Below are positions 10,642-22,903 of a stretch of DNA of 64,000 bases, one piece after another; position 1 is the first letter of the stretch, and each line of letters begins with the position of its first letter. The notes beneath the pieces were generated by a model, which saw only the letters and a list, made by a program, of their open reading frames with translations, searched no databases and had not been told where the DNA came from. A program made the position numbers and the translations under genes. This stretch comes from an uncultured bacterium (GTDB lineage Bacteria > Verrucomicrobiota > Verrucomicrobiia > Limisphaerales > UBA8199): the NCBI GenBank assembly GCA_963749495.1, contig CAVVMW010000015.1, positions 416,001-480,000 of the forward strand, given 5' to 3'.

Positions 10642-12223
10642 GTGAAAGAAGCTGCTGGTAAAGGCAAACCTGCGCCGGTCCGGGACCTGGCGCTCTCGCG
10701 CGCCTTGCGCGGGTATCTCTATTTCACGGCCGCCGTGGCCGGGGCGGCGGTCATGATCGTGGAGATCCTGGGGGCGAAGATCCTGGCCCCGTTTCTGGGC
10801 CTGTCACATTTCGTCTGGACCGCCCAGATTGCGGTCACGCTGGTGGCCCTGGCGTGCGGGTATTACGTGGGCGGACGGCTGGCCGACCGCTCGCAGCGGT
10901 TGGAGTGGCTCTATGGGGCGATCTTCGGGTCTGCCATCTTCCTGGGCTTGACTGTGCTGGTTTCCAGGCCGGTGGCCTATTGGTGCCTGGACAACTTCCA
11001 TAGCCTGGCTGCCGGCTCCCTGGTCACCTCGGCGTCCCTGTTTTTCATCCCGCTGGCCCTGCTGGCCATGACCGGGCCGTTCCTGGTCCGGGTCATCACC
11101 CTGTCCGTGGCCGGCGTCGGTTCAAACGTGGGGCGGCTGACCTCGATCGGCACGCTGGGCAGCTTCGCGGGGACACTCCTGATCGGCTACGTCATGATCC
11201 CCTACCTGCCGAACTCCAAAACCATGTGCCTGACCGCCCTGGCCCTGATGCTGGTGTGCGCCGGCTACTTCGCGTTTTTCGCGCGCAAAGCCATCCCTGC
11301 GGCGGGGCTCCTGCTCGCCTGCGGGGCGGTCCTGGGCCTGGAGGCGCGCAGCGGCGGGCCGGATCGACCGCCCTCGCTGGTCGAGTTGTTCCACGGCAAC
11401 TCCAATTTCGGCCAACTCCAGGTGCTCGAACTCCCGAACCACGCCTGCCGCTATTACCTCAACGATTACCTCTTCCAAAACACCTACGACCCCGCCCGCA
11501 AACAGAGCCGCTCTTACTTCACCTACATGCTCTCGGGCCTGGCCCGCGCCACCGTCACCAACATCAATGATGTCCTGTGCATCGGCCTGGGCATCGGCAT
11601 CGTGCCGATGGACTTCGCCCGAGGCGGCGCCCGGGTGGACGTGGTGGAAATCAACCCCGCCGTCGTCCCGGTGGCCGTGAGGTTCTTCGACCTCCAGACC
11701 AACCAAATCCACTTGATGATCGACAATGGACGCCACTTCCTCAATCGCTGCCCCAAACGCTACGACGCCATTATCCTCGATGCGTTCCTGGGCGATTCCT
11801 CCCCGTCGCACTTGATGAGCCGCCAGGCCTTCGAGCTCGATGCGCCGTCTGCTGCGCCCGGGCGGCGCCCTGGTCATCAACAGCTTCGGCAACCTGGACC
11901 CCACCCGCGATTTCTTCTGCGCCTCCCTCAACCGCACCCTCCGCAGCGTCTTCAAGAGCGTCCGCATGTGTACCAGCGGCGATGGCGGGATCTTCTTCGC
12001 CGCCACCGACCACCCCACCACCAACTTCGTCCGTCCCCCGGACCTGGAAAACGTTCACCCCTACGTCCTGCACGAGGCCCAGGCCGGCTATGTCAACGTC
12101 GTCAACACGCCCCCCAACCACGGCCTGGTGCTGACCGACAACTATAACCCGGCGGAGTTCTTCGACGCCCACAACCGCGAAACTATGCGCCGCCGCCTGG
12201 CCCTGGAACTGAAGGGGGAGTAG
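10642..12223 (+). CDS. Fused MFS-like membrane domain/spermidine synthase-like methyltransferase; frameshift near 11835
   Basis: Multiple TM helices (GAAVMIVEILG..., GGRLAD), SAM motif VLCIGLGIG, VVEINP, DAIILDAF; continues in another frame as RRLLRPGGALVIN. Confidence 0.85.
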
Positions 12224-12443
12224 GGCGGAAGGCGAAGGAAAGAAAGGGAAGAACAGAAGGAAACGAAGGGAACGAAGAATTGCATTTGCCAAAATCCCTC
12301 CTCGTGCCTATCTTCCCACCGTGATGCGCAAAGCGGAGACAACGACAATTTAGCGTTCACCCTGGAGAACCAGGATGAGCGCCAACGCCTCGATCAACTG
12401 ACTCGAGGCGTTTTCATTTTCATCTGGAATTTGAAATCTGACT

Positions 12444-14349
12444 ATGGAATCTCAAAGCAAAAACCAACCGGACAAAAACCAAGCGGAGCGCAAGAGTCCG
12501 GATGACCGCAGCCGGATGAGCGACCTGGAACGGCTGCGCCACTCCTGCGCGCACGTGATGGCCACCGCCATCCTCCGCCTCTGGCCCGAGGCCCAATTCG
12601 CCTCCGGCCCGGCGGTCGAGAACGGCTTCTACTACGACGTGGACCTCGAGCACCGCATCAGCCCCGAGGACTTCCCCGCCATCGAGGCCGAGATGAAGAA
12701 GGAGATCAAGGCCAATCATCTCTTCGAGCGGATCGTCGTCCCCCGCCAGCAGGCCGTGCAGGACGCCCAGCAGGGCCGCTTAGGCGCGCTGTCCGAGCGC
12801 TCCGCGCCCAGCAAATACAAGCTGGGCAACCTCAAGGATATCCCCGAGGGCGAACCGATCTCCTACTACCGCAGCGGCGATTTCATCGACCTGTGCGCCG
12901 GCCCGCACGTGATGCGCACCGGCAACATCGGCGCCTTCAAGCTCACCACCCTCGCCAGCGCCTACTACAAGGGCGACCAGGCCAACCCCCAGCTCCAGCG
13001 CATCTACGGCACCGCCTTCAAGACCAAGTCCGAGCTGGAGGCCCACTTCAAGATGCTCGAGGAGGCCAAACGCCGCGACCACCGCAAGCTCGGGCAGGAG
13101 ATGGGCCTCTTCACCCTGGACCCGGAATTCACCGGCCCCGGCCTGGTGCTCTGGCTGCCCAAAGGCGCCGCCATCGCCGAGGAACTGGAAAAGCTCGCCA
13201 AGGAGACCGAGTTCGCCGCCGGCTACGTGCGCGTGAAGACCCCCCATATCGCCAAGGAGAAGATGTACCTGACCAGCGGCCACATCCCGCTCTACCAGGA
13301 CTCGATGTTCCCGCCGATGGAGGTCGCGGAGGAGGCCCCCAGGCCCGGGGGCCGGAGGCCCCGCGGCCCAGCCTGCCGCCGCCCCGGCCAAGTACTATCT
13401 CAAAGCGATGAACTGCCCGCACCACCACCGCATCTTTGCCGCGGAGCCGCGCAGCTACCGGGACTTGCCCCTGCGCCTGGCCGAATACGGCACCTGTTAC
13501 CGCTACGAACAGTCCGGCGAACTCCTGGGCCTGATGCGCGTGCGCGCCCTCAGCATGAACGACGCCCACATCTATTGCACCCCGGAGCAGTTCGCCCAGG
13601 AGTTCAATGCCGTCAACGAGATGTACCTCAAGTACTTCAAGATCTTCGGCATCGAGAAATACGTCATGCGCTTCGGCACCCATGACCCAGCCAAGCTCGG
13701 CCAGAAATTCGTCGACGAACCGGTGTTATGGAAACAGACCGAGGACATGGTCCGCCGCGTGCTCAAGGAGTCCGGCATCCACTTTGTCGAGGTCCCCAAC
13801 GAGGCGGCCTTTTACGGCCCCAAGATTGACGTGCAGGTCTGGAGCGTGATTGGCCGCGAGTTCACCCTGGCCACCAACCAGGTGGATTTCGCCGTCCCGT
13901 CCCGGTTCGGCCTGGCCTATCGCGACCGGGACAACACGGAGAAGGTGCCGTTGTGCATTCACCGCGCCCCGCTCGGCACCCACGAGCGGTTCATCGGCTT
14001 TCTCATCGAGCATTACGCCGGCAACTTCCCGCTCTGGCTCGCCCCCGAGCAGGTGCGCGTGCTGACCGTCGGCGAGGAAGAGCCGCTGGCAAATCATGCA
14101 AAGGGCATCGTCCAGGAACTCCGCGCCAACATGGTCCGCGCCGAGGGCGATTACGGCAGCGACAAGATCAGCGGCAAGATCCAGCGCGCCGAGCAGGCCA
14201 AGGTCCATACCATGCTGATCGTCGGCCCCCGCGACCTCCAAGCCGGCGCCGTGAGCCTCCGGGTACACGGCCAAGGCAGTCTGGGCGCCAAGCCGCGCGC
14301 CGAGGCGCTCGCCCAAATCCTGGCGGCGATACGCGAACGCAGGGGATGA
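12444..14349 (+). CDS. thrS: Threonine--tRNA ligase; frameshift near 13335-13390
   Basis: LRHSCAH, DLCAGPH, RDHRKLG, KAMNCPHH, AFYGPKID, IHRAPLGTHERF, FPLWLAP. Confidence 0.97.
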
Positions 14350-14871
14350 ACCAGGTGCGTGCCCTTCTGTCGTACGCCCAAAGGACAATAGCGCCTTGCT
14401 GGATGTGGACGTACTTGTTGAAAGCCCCTGACGCATAGGGGCCGGCGGAACGACAACGCGATGCGGTGTGCCTGGCTCAGCGTGTCCGCTGGCTAGGCCG
14501 GAGCCGCAACAGCTAAGAACTATGAACGCGAGCATTTTCACTCGATTGACTCGCAGGCCCAAGACGGAGCGGCGCTACCTGGTCAATGGCCGGTGGGTCC
14601 GGGCAGCGCCCGACCAGGAAGCGGCCAAAGTGCTCGCTTGGTTCAAGTCCGCGCGGAATTGTCCTTCGCCAATCAAGCTCAGCCGGACAGTGGATTAGCC
14701 GCTATTGCCAGCACGGATCGAGGCCAATCGCCGCGACCGGCTCCGCGGCACCGCGCCTCGGAACCAAGTCAGCATCATGCCTGGCCTTTGGCAGGAATAA
14801 TAATCCGGCCGGACAAGAGCGGGTTGCTCGAACGCCGGCGGGAGAATGCCAGTCTTTCCCCGCTTTTTCAG

Positions 14872-14958
14872 TGGTGCCGATGGAGGGGGTCGAACCCACA
14901 CAACCTCACGGTTACCAGATTTTGAGTCTAGCGCGTCTGCCAATTCCGCCACATCGGC
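14872..14958 (-). tRNA. tRNA-Leu(CAA)
   Basis: GCCGATGTGGCGGAATTGGCAGACGCGCTAGACT-CAA-AATCTGG, long variable arm, GGTTCGACCCC, CCA end. Confidence 0.96.
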
Positions 14959-15089
14959 TCACTGATTTCCAGGCACTTGTGCAGCTTCGTGCCGGTCGCC
15001 CGGAACATACAGGAGGAGGACCGGTGAGCGCAAGGCCGGACTGAAACGATCTCATTGACACAAAAGGGCCGCGCGGCTAACCTTTGCCT

Positions 15090-15311
15090 ATGAGTAACAC
15101 GGCGGAATCCGAGTCTCTGGAATTCCCGTTTGCGGCGGAACTGATCACGAATCGGCGAGGGCGGATCGCCAAAGTAGTCCTCAATCTCCGAGACTATCGA
15201 GCCCTAATCGATGCCGTGGAGGACGCTGGGCTCTATCGTGCCATGAAACGCGTGGCTGCGGAAAAACCGCTCAGCCGGCAGGCTGCCTTGACGTTGCTTG
15301 ACGCCAAGTGA
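15090..15311 (+). CDS. Putative antitoxin
   Basis: Small ORF overlapping the RelE-like gene (GTGA); TTGACA-17-TAACCT promoter directly upstream. Confidence 0.7.
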   Translation: MSNTAESESLEFPFAAELITNRRGRIAKVVLNLRDYRALIDAVEDAGLYRAMKRVAAEKPLSRQAALTLLDAK

Positions 15312-15577
15312 ACGCAACCTACCTGCCCGCCTTCATCAAGGACCTGCGCCGGCTTCGCCAACACTCGGAATACAGCCGCATCCGCCGCCTGGCATTCGAG
15401 GAGATGCCTGCCTGGAAGAGCCTCGCGGGCCGCAGCCAGATCAAGCGCCTATCGGCTCACGAAAAGGCATATCGCATCCGGACGGGCGATTACCGCATCG
15501 GGTTTTACTGGTCCGGAGATGAACTGGTCTTCGCTCGAGTGCTGCACCGGCGGGAGATTTACCGCTTCTTTCCGTGA
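15308..15577 (+). CDS. RelE/ParE family toxin
   Basis: FIKDLRRL...YRIRTGDYRIGF...RVLHRREIYR. Confidence 0.9.
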   Translation: MNATYLPAFIKDLRRLRQHSEYSRIRRLAFEEMPAWKSLAGRSQIKRLSAHEKAYRIRTGDYRIGFYWSGDELVFARVLHRREIYRFFP

Positions 15578-16314
15578 AGAGTCTTCACCTCCTGCTGCGC
15601 GCGTTGCCGACCTGAGCGCATTCTCAACAAGGACGAACGGCTGATTCGGGATTCCAGCCTGGAAATCGCGGACATCCAGTCGAAAAAGCCGCACAACCTG
15701 GACGAGCAGATCAAGGCCGTGGCCAAAATAACCGACTTGCTGAAGCAGCTCGACCTGGACGACCTGCGGGTGAAGAATCTGCTGGAGTTGGCAGAAGCAA
15801 GGGCCTCGCAGCTTCTTGACCTGGAATTGACGGTCAACAGCATGTCCCCCTGGGAAATGGAACCGGTGGACCTTGAGCCTCTGCCGGAGTTGGCCACGCT
15901 TCCGAAAGAGCGCCCCCGCCGAAGCATTTGGGCTGATGATGACGAAGATTTCGGGGTGTGGGCGCGCAGGCTTGCTGCCGTGGTCGCAGGCGCAGTTGCG
16001 GGGGTGCTCGTCGCGAAGACATCTGACTTCCTGCTGGGTGAGCAGGACCGCACTCCCGGGCAGGTTTTCGGGGCCATCGTTGGCCTCGCCGTGGTATTCT
16101 GTCCAACAAGGCGCTGACAAACCGGGAAAACCAAAAACCCGGACGCAGGGGCTGGGCAGGATTTCAGATCAACTCCTTCCGTTTGGGCGCGCGCCGGAGC
16201 ACGCCAGGCGCGGCACCCGAGGCCAGGCAGCTCGGACCAGCGTCGGGTGTTCCTGTGGCGCGTGTTTTCAAGTCCGCCTTTGCATTCATCTCACGAATGT
16301 CGAATAATGGCGGC

Positions 16315-18290
16315 ATGAGAACAATCAGCAGCGTTCACAAGCTCCTGGCGGTGCTCGGCCTAGCCGCGTCGGTCTCGGCTCACGCAGGGACCACTTCCTT
16401 CAGCTACCAGGGTTCGCTTGCCCAAGGCACAAACGCGACCAGCGGGAAGTTCGATTTCCGGTTCACTCTCTACGACGCCCCCCTGGTCGGCTCCGCCGTG
16501 ACCGACGCGGTGACCAATACTGCAGTTAATGTCGATAACGGCATCTTCACCACGATAATTGACTTCGGTCCCGGCGTCTTCACGGGTGACGACCGCTGGC
16601 TCGAAATCGCCGTCCGCACCAACGGTCCAGGGGCCTTCACCACGCTGACGCCACGCCAGGCGGTGACGCCCGTCCCCTCGGCCTTGTTTTCCGTGAACGC
16701 CGCCAATTATTCCGGCCCGGTCTCGGCCTCGCAGCTCAGCGGCGCGATACCCTCGTCCCTACTGCCCGCCGGCCTGCTCACCAACAACGCGGCGGGGGTG
16801 AGCCTAAGCGGCGCCTTCGCAGGCAATGGGGCAGGACTGACCGGCCTCAACGCCAACAGCGTCACGGGCAATTTCAGCGGCGCATCTTACTTGGCACCCA
16901 TGTCCACCTCTTACGGGGCAACAGAACTTGCCGGTAGTTATAGTTACGACATTTACTACGGCGGTGGGTTTGTTGATTATCTCACCAATTCCTTTATCGC
17001 CACAAATATCGCCTGTTCCGGGGTGGAAATGGTTCAAATGTGGAGGCAATACTTCGGGTTTTTCAGCGTGACAGCCTCGACAGCTTCAACGTTCACACCA
17101 CCATGCCGATTTGCTCGAACGCGGTGACAATTCCCGCGTGGCAAGGGGTTGGAAGCATTGCAAATATCCATAATTTCGCGATTCCCACTTACCCGTTGCC
17201 GGTGAGCAATTACTTGTTTGTCACATTCGAGGTAACCAATACCAACACGTTGAATTTCGCCTTTTGGAGCGGCTCCGTTGGGAACACCAATTTGCCACGG
17301 CTACCGTATGCATATCTGGAAGACACAACGGGCAACCTAATTCAGCATGGTCTGAGTTACTGGTGGGGCAACGCGAGCGCCGAGTTGTCGGGTTATGCCC
17401 AAGTGCAGATAACCAATTTGGCAACTTACATCGGCTCCTTGGCGGCGAATGTCACAGCGGCAAGCATCACCAACGCTGCGGTCCTTCCATACTCCACGAA
17501 CACGTCACTCCTGAGCCTTGGTTCCTCGACCGACGCGCAGACCGCGATTGATGCGCTCGCGTATATGATTGCGACATCCTCGGTGCCGCTGCTCGCGAGC
17601 AACACAGTGGTAGTTCTGGATGGAGATTCCAAGATGGTGGGGCTTGGTTCAGTTTTAACGAAATTCCCGTGGTGGAACTCCGTTGCGTTTCTTACGAACG
17701 TTGCAGTAGGTGGAACGAGCCTAAGCTTTACGACCAATGCTTGGGCCACGAACACGGCGAGTTTTTCATCCAGGCTCCGAAACGGGACCAATGGCCTATA
17801 TGTCTATTGGGGAATGCACAGCGACATGAGCGGGAATCCCTATAACGTAATTGGGACATTATCCAATTATCTTAATCAGGTGGCAAGTTCCAACTGGAAC
17901 ATCATGCTCCTTACAGTTCAGCCCAGGGCCTCCTACAGCCAGGACACTCCTGCCTCACAGTTATTTCTGCCAATCGTGAACAACTTCATCCGCACTTGGC
18001 CAACGCCCTGGAGGGTTGTGGATGCGGAAGTGCTTTTGCCCAACTGTTACAACATGGTATTTTTCTCTGACACCACGCACCTAAACCCTATCGGCTATAG
18101 TAACATCGCATGGGGCATTCAGCCAGAATTGTTTGCTCCCAAGAAGCACATGTGGCCCCAGGAGTGGGTTTATGACTACGGGACCAACATCATCGTTGCG
18201 GTGCCCGGCGCCACCAATGGTTCAGGTTCGGTCGTCGCTACATTATACCGGTTTGGGGGACTGAAGCTGAATGGGGGCGGGGGTGAGTGA
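16315..18290 (+). CDS. Secreted modular protein: PVC-type N-terminal module plus C-terminal SGNH/GDSL-like hydrolase; frameshift near 17060
   Basis: Signal peptide, FSYQGSL...[10 protein letters not shown]...RWLEIAVR...LTPRQ module; SGNH blocks VLDGDS, NVAVGG, DTTHLN. Confidence 0.65.
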
Positions 18291-18483
18291 GGCAGGGGGG
18301 GCAGGTTTGGAGAATCTGGTCCGTGAAGAAGGCCAAGCCCTGCCGCACTTCAATTTCTACCCGGCCGACTTTGGAAAACACGCGTCACCACCGCACCCAA
18401 ACCGAATGGGGCAGCTCCTGGGCGGTTCATTCCTCTTGACTTCGTGGCTCGTGAGGCGTGTAATCTTGCTGACACAGGATTTT

Positions 18484-19350
18484 ATGAGAGAGCCTTACGG
18501 GGAATCGGACCCGGTGAACAGTTTTGGACCTGGAAGCAGGTTCACCGGTGGTCCAGCGTTCACCCTCATCGAACTTCTCGTCGTCATCGCCATCATCGCC
18601 ATTCTGGCAGCCATGCTGCTCCCGGCGCTAAGCAAGGCCAAAGCCAAAGCCCAAAGGACTAGCTGCGCCACCAGCATGAAGAACTGGGGCTATGCGATAG
18701 CGATGTACGAGGGCGATTTCAAGGACCGCTTTCCCGTGTTTGGTGAGAACTCCCAGGACTACAGCAAGCCGTTTTGGTTTGAACTGCTGGCGCCTTATGT
18801 CGCCCGGCAACCCAAAGTCGGCAACGGCCAGTTTAACACAGACCCGCTTTTTCTCCTGGACGCCCTCCGCAAATGCCCGGGCGGGAGCTTTGGGCCGGCG
18901 CCTTTCTCCGGCAACACTCCGGCCCCGGGGACCAACTGGAATTGCTACATCGGCTGCCACTTCGGCCGCTTTGGCGATTCGGTTTTCGTGCCCGCGAGGA
19001 AGTATAACGGCATCTCGGGACCGTTCTATTACGCCGATCATACGCAGCCGATGCCAGCCTCGAAAATCAGGCGGCCTGCGCAGGCCATGACCCTCACGGA
19101 CACCATCAGCCACTATCTTTATTCTCCGCTGGAACCGAGTTACGTTTTCACCCTGGACAAAGACGGCGACGGGAAATTGGATTCCATGTCCAACTACGAT
19201 GTCGCTTACAACTGGGGGCGCCCTACCGTGCATAGCCGGGGGGCAAATGTCACCGCCGCCGACGGCCATGTCGAGCGGGTGACCTTCCGGGTGCTCTGGG
19301 CACAGGGCCCGTCTGGGGAGATGCTCAGTGAGTGGTGGTACATGGAGTAA
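18484..19350 (+). CDS. Prepilin-type N-terminal cleavage/methylation protein with H-X9-DG motif
   Basis: [40 protein letters not shown]. Confidence 0.93.
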   Translation: MREPYGESDPVNSFGPGSRFTGGPAFTLIELLVVIAIIAILAAMLLPALSKAKAKAQRTSCATSMKNWGYAIAMYEGDFKDRFPVFGENSQDYSKPFWFELLAPYVARQPKVGNGQFNTDPLFLLDALRKCPGGSFGPAPFSGNTPAPGTNWNCYIGCHFGRFGDSVFVPARKYNGISGPFYYADHTQPMPASKIRRPAQAMTLTDTISHYLYSPLEPSYVFTLDKDGDGKLDSMSNYDVAYNWGRPTVHSRGANVTAADGHVERVTFRVLWAQGPSGEMLSEWWYME

Positions 19351-19842
19351 CGCTGCGCCTCGTTCTCGGCGTGAAGTTTGAAGACAACCCCTTGCGCTTT
19401 CCCGTCCACGGCTGTTGAGTTGGCGGACAATCCGCTCCAAGGTCCACCCGCTCACCCGCCATGCCGCCATGGATCGGAGGGTCGCTTGCTCGGAGGAGTT
19501 GTCGACCAACCGCTTGCTGAGGCGCAGTCACGATTCTCTTGCCAGAGATCACCGGGCAGCGCGGACTCGAGGCCACAATGCGGCAGTCGGCGCCATACCT
19601 TGCCGATCAATAGGTTACGGGGCACGAAGGCGCCAAAAGCCCAGCTCGGCCGTCGCATTGCCTTGCCTTTTCGCCGGCCACGCGTCCCAAGTGAGCAGGG
19701 CGGCTGAGATCCAGCTGCGCGATACATCCCGGTAGAACATTGACTCCCATCACAGGAACAGGAAGTGTAAGCACCTGGCAGGCGGTGCGAGCGAAAGGAA
19801 AGGTGGCAGAGCACCCTGGGCCACTGCCGATTCCCGCGCGCC

Positions 19843-20046
19843 TCAAGAGGCCGGGATGGCCGGCCCTAGCTCGGAGGACTTCAACGATCTTGCATCTGGT
19901 GAGGATTCAGGCTGTTGGAGCGATTCCGGTTCCTCCATGCCGTCCCACAGACTCGAACAGGAAGCGCATAAATTGGGGTTGCGCGACAGGGAGTTCCTCC
20001 CCGGAGTAATCGTCTCACCACAACAAACGCAAATTGTTGGGCTCAT
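19843..20046 (-). CDS. Small putative zinc-binding hypothetical protein
   Basis: CVCC...CASC motif pair. Confidence 0.4.
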   Translation of the reverse strand: MSPTICVCCGETITPGRNSLSRNPNLCASCSSLWDGMEEPESLQQPESSPDARSLKSSELGPAIPAS

Positions 20047-20546
20047 GATTCGAAAAACTAAATCTGGGTCCAAAGGGTTTCAAATAAAATGTGCCACGAG
20101 TTGTTCACGGGGAATTCACAGGATATTCACCGAAACGCAGCGCAGCTCCAATGAGGGTTTCGACCATGCCTTAGCGATAGCAAGCGAGCGAACGGGAGAG
20201 GCGGGGAGGCAGGTTCGGCATATCTGTCCCGGAAGAACGCCAATCTCTTCTTCCATTGCATTTCTAATTGGTCCGATATGGAAAACATCCTGCGCTGCCC
20301 CACCCTCGACGGAAATAGGCGAAGAGGAGGAGTTGGCGTTGACCTTGACAATCTTAGGCTTCGGTGGGGACGCCAAAATATTCACGCTTGACGCATCCGG
20401 GACAAATCCTAATCTCTTCGCGTTAGCCTCTGGAGTTTGTGCCAGGAACTTGCGCCTTCTGAGGTGAAGGTGCGGAGCTGCTCAGGTCCGTGGTTTGGCG
20501 GTTCAATAAGCGGACCGGTCCGTGAAATCAACAGTTCGACGAGAAT

Positions 20547-21326
20547 ATGAACTACACCGAAATGCGAAGGCTCTTGCTTAAGGTGTTCATCGGGTTCCTT
20601 TCGCTGACAGCCCTGGTGGCGATATTTTCCGTGTTGAACACTGAGTTTGGGCAGACCCAGCTCAAGGTGTTGCTTACAACTTTTTCGATATCCGCGGGAA
20701 GTATCTGCGCTATGTCGTGCGCTGGTTTCATTGAACGAGGAGGAACCAAAGCAGCGGGAATCGCCGGCATCCTGGCTGCCAGTCTTGCCGTGGTACTGGT
20801 GATGGTCGGTGTGTGGGGAGAAGTCAAGGAAAGCGATTATTGGAAAGCCACGGTGACCTCCATTGTTGTATCCGCCGCATTCGCCCATGGCTGCCTCCTG
20901 CGTTTGCCAAACCTGGGGGCGAGCTATGGGTGGACGCAGACGGTTTCCGCGTTCCTGATAGGGCTTCTTGCGCTTCAGATCATCCTGGCGGTCTTGGGAG
21001 AAATCAAAGGTGAGGGCTACTACCGTTTAATGGCCGCGCTCTCGGTTCTCGTCGTCCTCATCACACTTGTCATTCCGATCTGCAGCCGGCTGGATGCCAA
21101 GGCCGACCAAGCTCCAGCAGACCGCGGGCAGGCTCCCGAGTGCCTTGACCACTTTCCAGACCGTGTGCTCCTGCGGAGGGTCTCGGGCGCCCTTTATGCA
21201 GACCAAGCTGGTCGCTGCTTCAAGCTGACTGAGATCGAACCAGAACCAGGCGCTGCGCTGAGCGGCGGCCCCTCGACACCTGCCAAGCATTCCGGAGTCA
21301 AGGGAGGGCCACGGTCGGAGTGCTGA
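20547..21326 (+). CDS. Multi-pass membrane hypothetical protein
   Basis: About six hydrophobic helices. Confidence 0.75.
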   Translation: MNYTEMRRLLLKVFIGFLSLTALVAIFSVLNTEFGQTQLKVLLTTFSISAGSICAMSCAGFIERGGTKAAGIAGILAASLAVVLVMVGVWGEVKESDYWKATVTSIVVSAAFAHGCLLRLPNLGASYGWTQTVSAFLIGLLALQIILAVLGEIKGEGYYRLMAALSVLVVLITLVIPICSRLDAKADQAPADRGQAPECLDHFPDRVLLRRVSGALYADQAGRCFKLTEIEPEPGAALSGGPSTPAKHSGVKGGPRSEC

Positions 21327-21682
21327 TCTTTGAGTGTCGTCCTCATTTTATGGGCACGAAACACATGCTGCTTTGGCTCTGCTGGCGCTGGCTGCAGTAG
21401 GTGCCATGTTGTATTTCGGAGGCCTTTCAACTGACGCCGGAAGATTCGCGTGGCAAGTCCGGCAGCCGGTTCCAGTTGGCACCGACACTGGCTCAGCCGC
21501 GAGAATCATGCAACGGCACCGGTTCAGGCGTGACTCCAAGCCGCGTGATACCGCTGGATGGACATGGTTTGAGAACTTCAAAACACGGCCAGGCTATCGT
21601 CTAATCAGCTCGCTTCGACCAATGTCCATCCCACTGCCCATTCGGACATTTACACACAGTCAAACTTACACATAAGCCATTG

Positions 21683-22282
21683 TTATACATTTGCCCGTCT
21701 TTTGCGCCTAAATGACCCTCTGAGGCGTCGGGGTCTTCTTCCGGTACGTTGAGGTGGCTGACGCTCCCCAAAGAGAGCACGAGCAGCATTCCGGAGCGAC
21801 CTTCCCTCTGCCACAAACTCGACCATCTTGCGCTCTCGGTCAGGCAAAGCAGCAACGAACTCCTGCCAATCAAGTCTTCTTGCGGCCCTGGTTGATGGAT
21901 CCTCGGCGTCATTGCTCAAAACGTCGTGAAACAAGAAGATTTCCTCACCAGCTTCGTCACTACCGGCCGCTATTTCTTCGAGACTCGTCAACCTGGTCCT
22001 GCCGTTCAACTGCGTGCCTGAACCGTAAACGTCAGCCACAGAGGACCCCGTTGACCTTCTGCCGGACTTCATGTGCTGGATTGTGTAGTAGGCGATGTTT
22101 CCTGGGGTGACCCTTTTGTGGGCCTTGTCAACGTTTGTGAGGAGTTTTGCTGCCAGGGCGATTGAATCCTGGACCAGTTCCTCGGCATCCTCTGAACCGA
22201 TGAAGGAGACGGTTTGAGGGACGGCACTTTTGAGACGGGGGACAATCTCTTCCTGCAATAACCACGCGGATCTTGGACTCAT
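21683..22282 (-). CDS. Sigma-factor-like/HTH hypothetical protein, probably 3'-degenerate
   Basis: EDAEELVQD region-2-like and ALPDRERKMV...GRSLRNAARAL region-4-like segments. Confidence 0.5.
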   Translation of the reverse strand: MSPRSAWLLQEEIVPRLKSAVPQTVSFIGSEDAEELVQDSIALAAKLLTNVDKAHKRVTPGNIAYYTIQHMKSGRRSTGSSVADVYGSGTQLNGRTRLTSLEEIAAGSDEAGEEIFLFHDVLSNDAEDPSTRAARRLDWQEFVAALPDRERKMVEFVAEGRSLRNAARALFGERQPPQRTGRRPRRLRGSFRRKRRANV

Positions 22283-22903
22283 AGTGTCTTTGGGATGGGG
22301 GGGTGAAACGAAAAACCCTCAGGACCCCAGAAAAGGGCTGAGGGGGGAGGGGATCAACTCGTGGAGTAGATCCGGTACCCTGAAATCATACCAGCGGGGA
22401 GGGGATCAGCGCAGGAGGGGAGGAGCGATGCGCGGCCCCTGAAACCTGCAGCTACGGATTCAAAAACCTTCTTGACACCGCTTTTGCTTTGTGGCGTAAT
22501 GACAACTGAACATCAGCAGTGGGCCGTCTGGGTTTGCTGATTTCCTGGCGGTGTTGTTGGGTGCCCGGTTGTTTATGAACTTGGGAGCGGGAATTGGGAG
22601 ATCGCTTTCGGGCGAGCATGAGTGGACTGCTCACCATCCCGGATTGCACACCTGCATCCGACATTTTGGCGGCCTGCTGAGCAAGCTCACCGGGCCTTTC
22701 TCTCGTCCAGAAACCAGGCAATCCCAAAGCAACTGGGCAAGCGTTCAGGACCAAATGGGTGCGCTCCTCGCCCAGAAGCGTCTTTTAACATGAGCGCGAC
22801 CAGCAACCAATTCTCCCTCACCCGCGCAGCGTCAATCAATCGGTGGGGGCGCAAGAACGCAATATCTCATCCGTAATCCTCAAACAATCCAACAACAATA
22901 GTT

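Noticed and set aside
13335..13390. Programmed frameshift in thrS
   Set aside because: No canonical slippery heptamer; many similar indels in the window point to sequencing error
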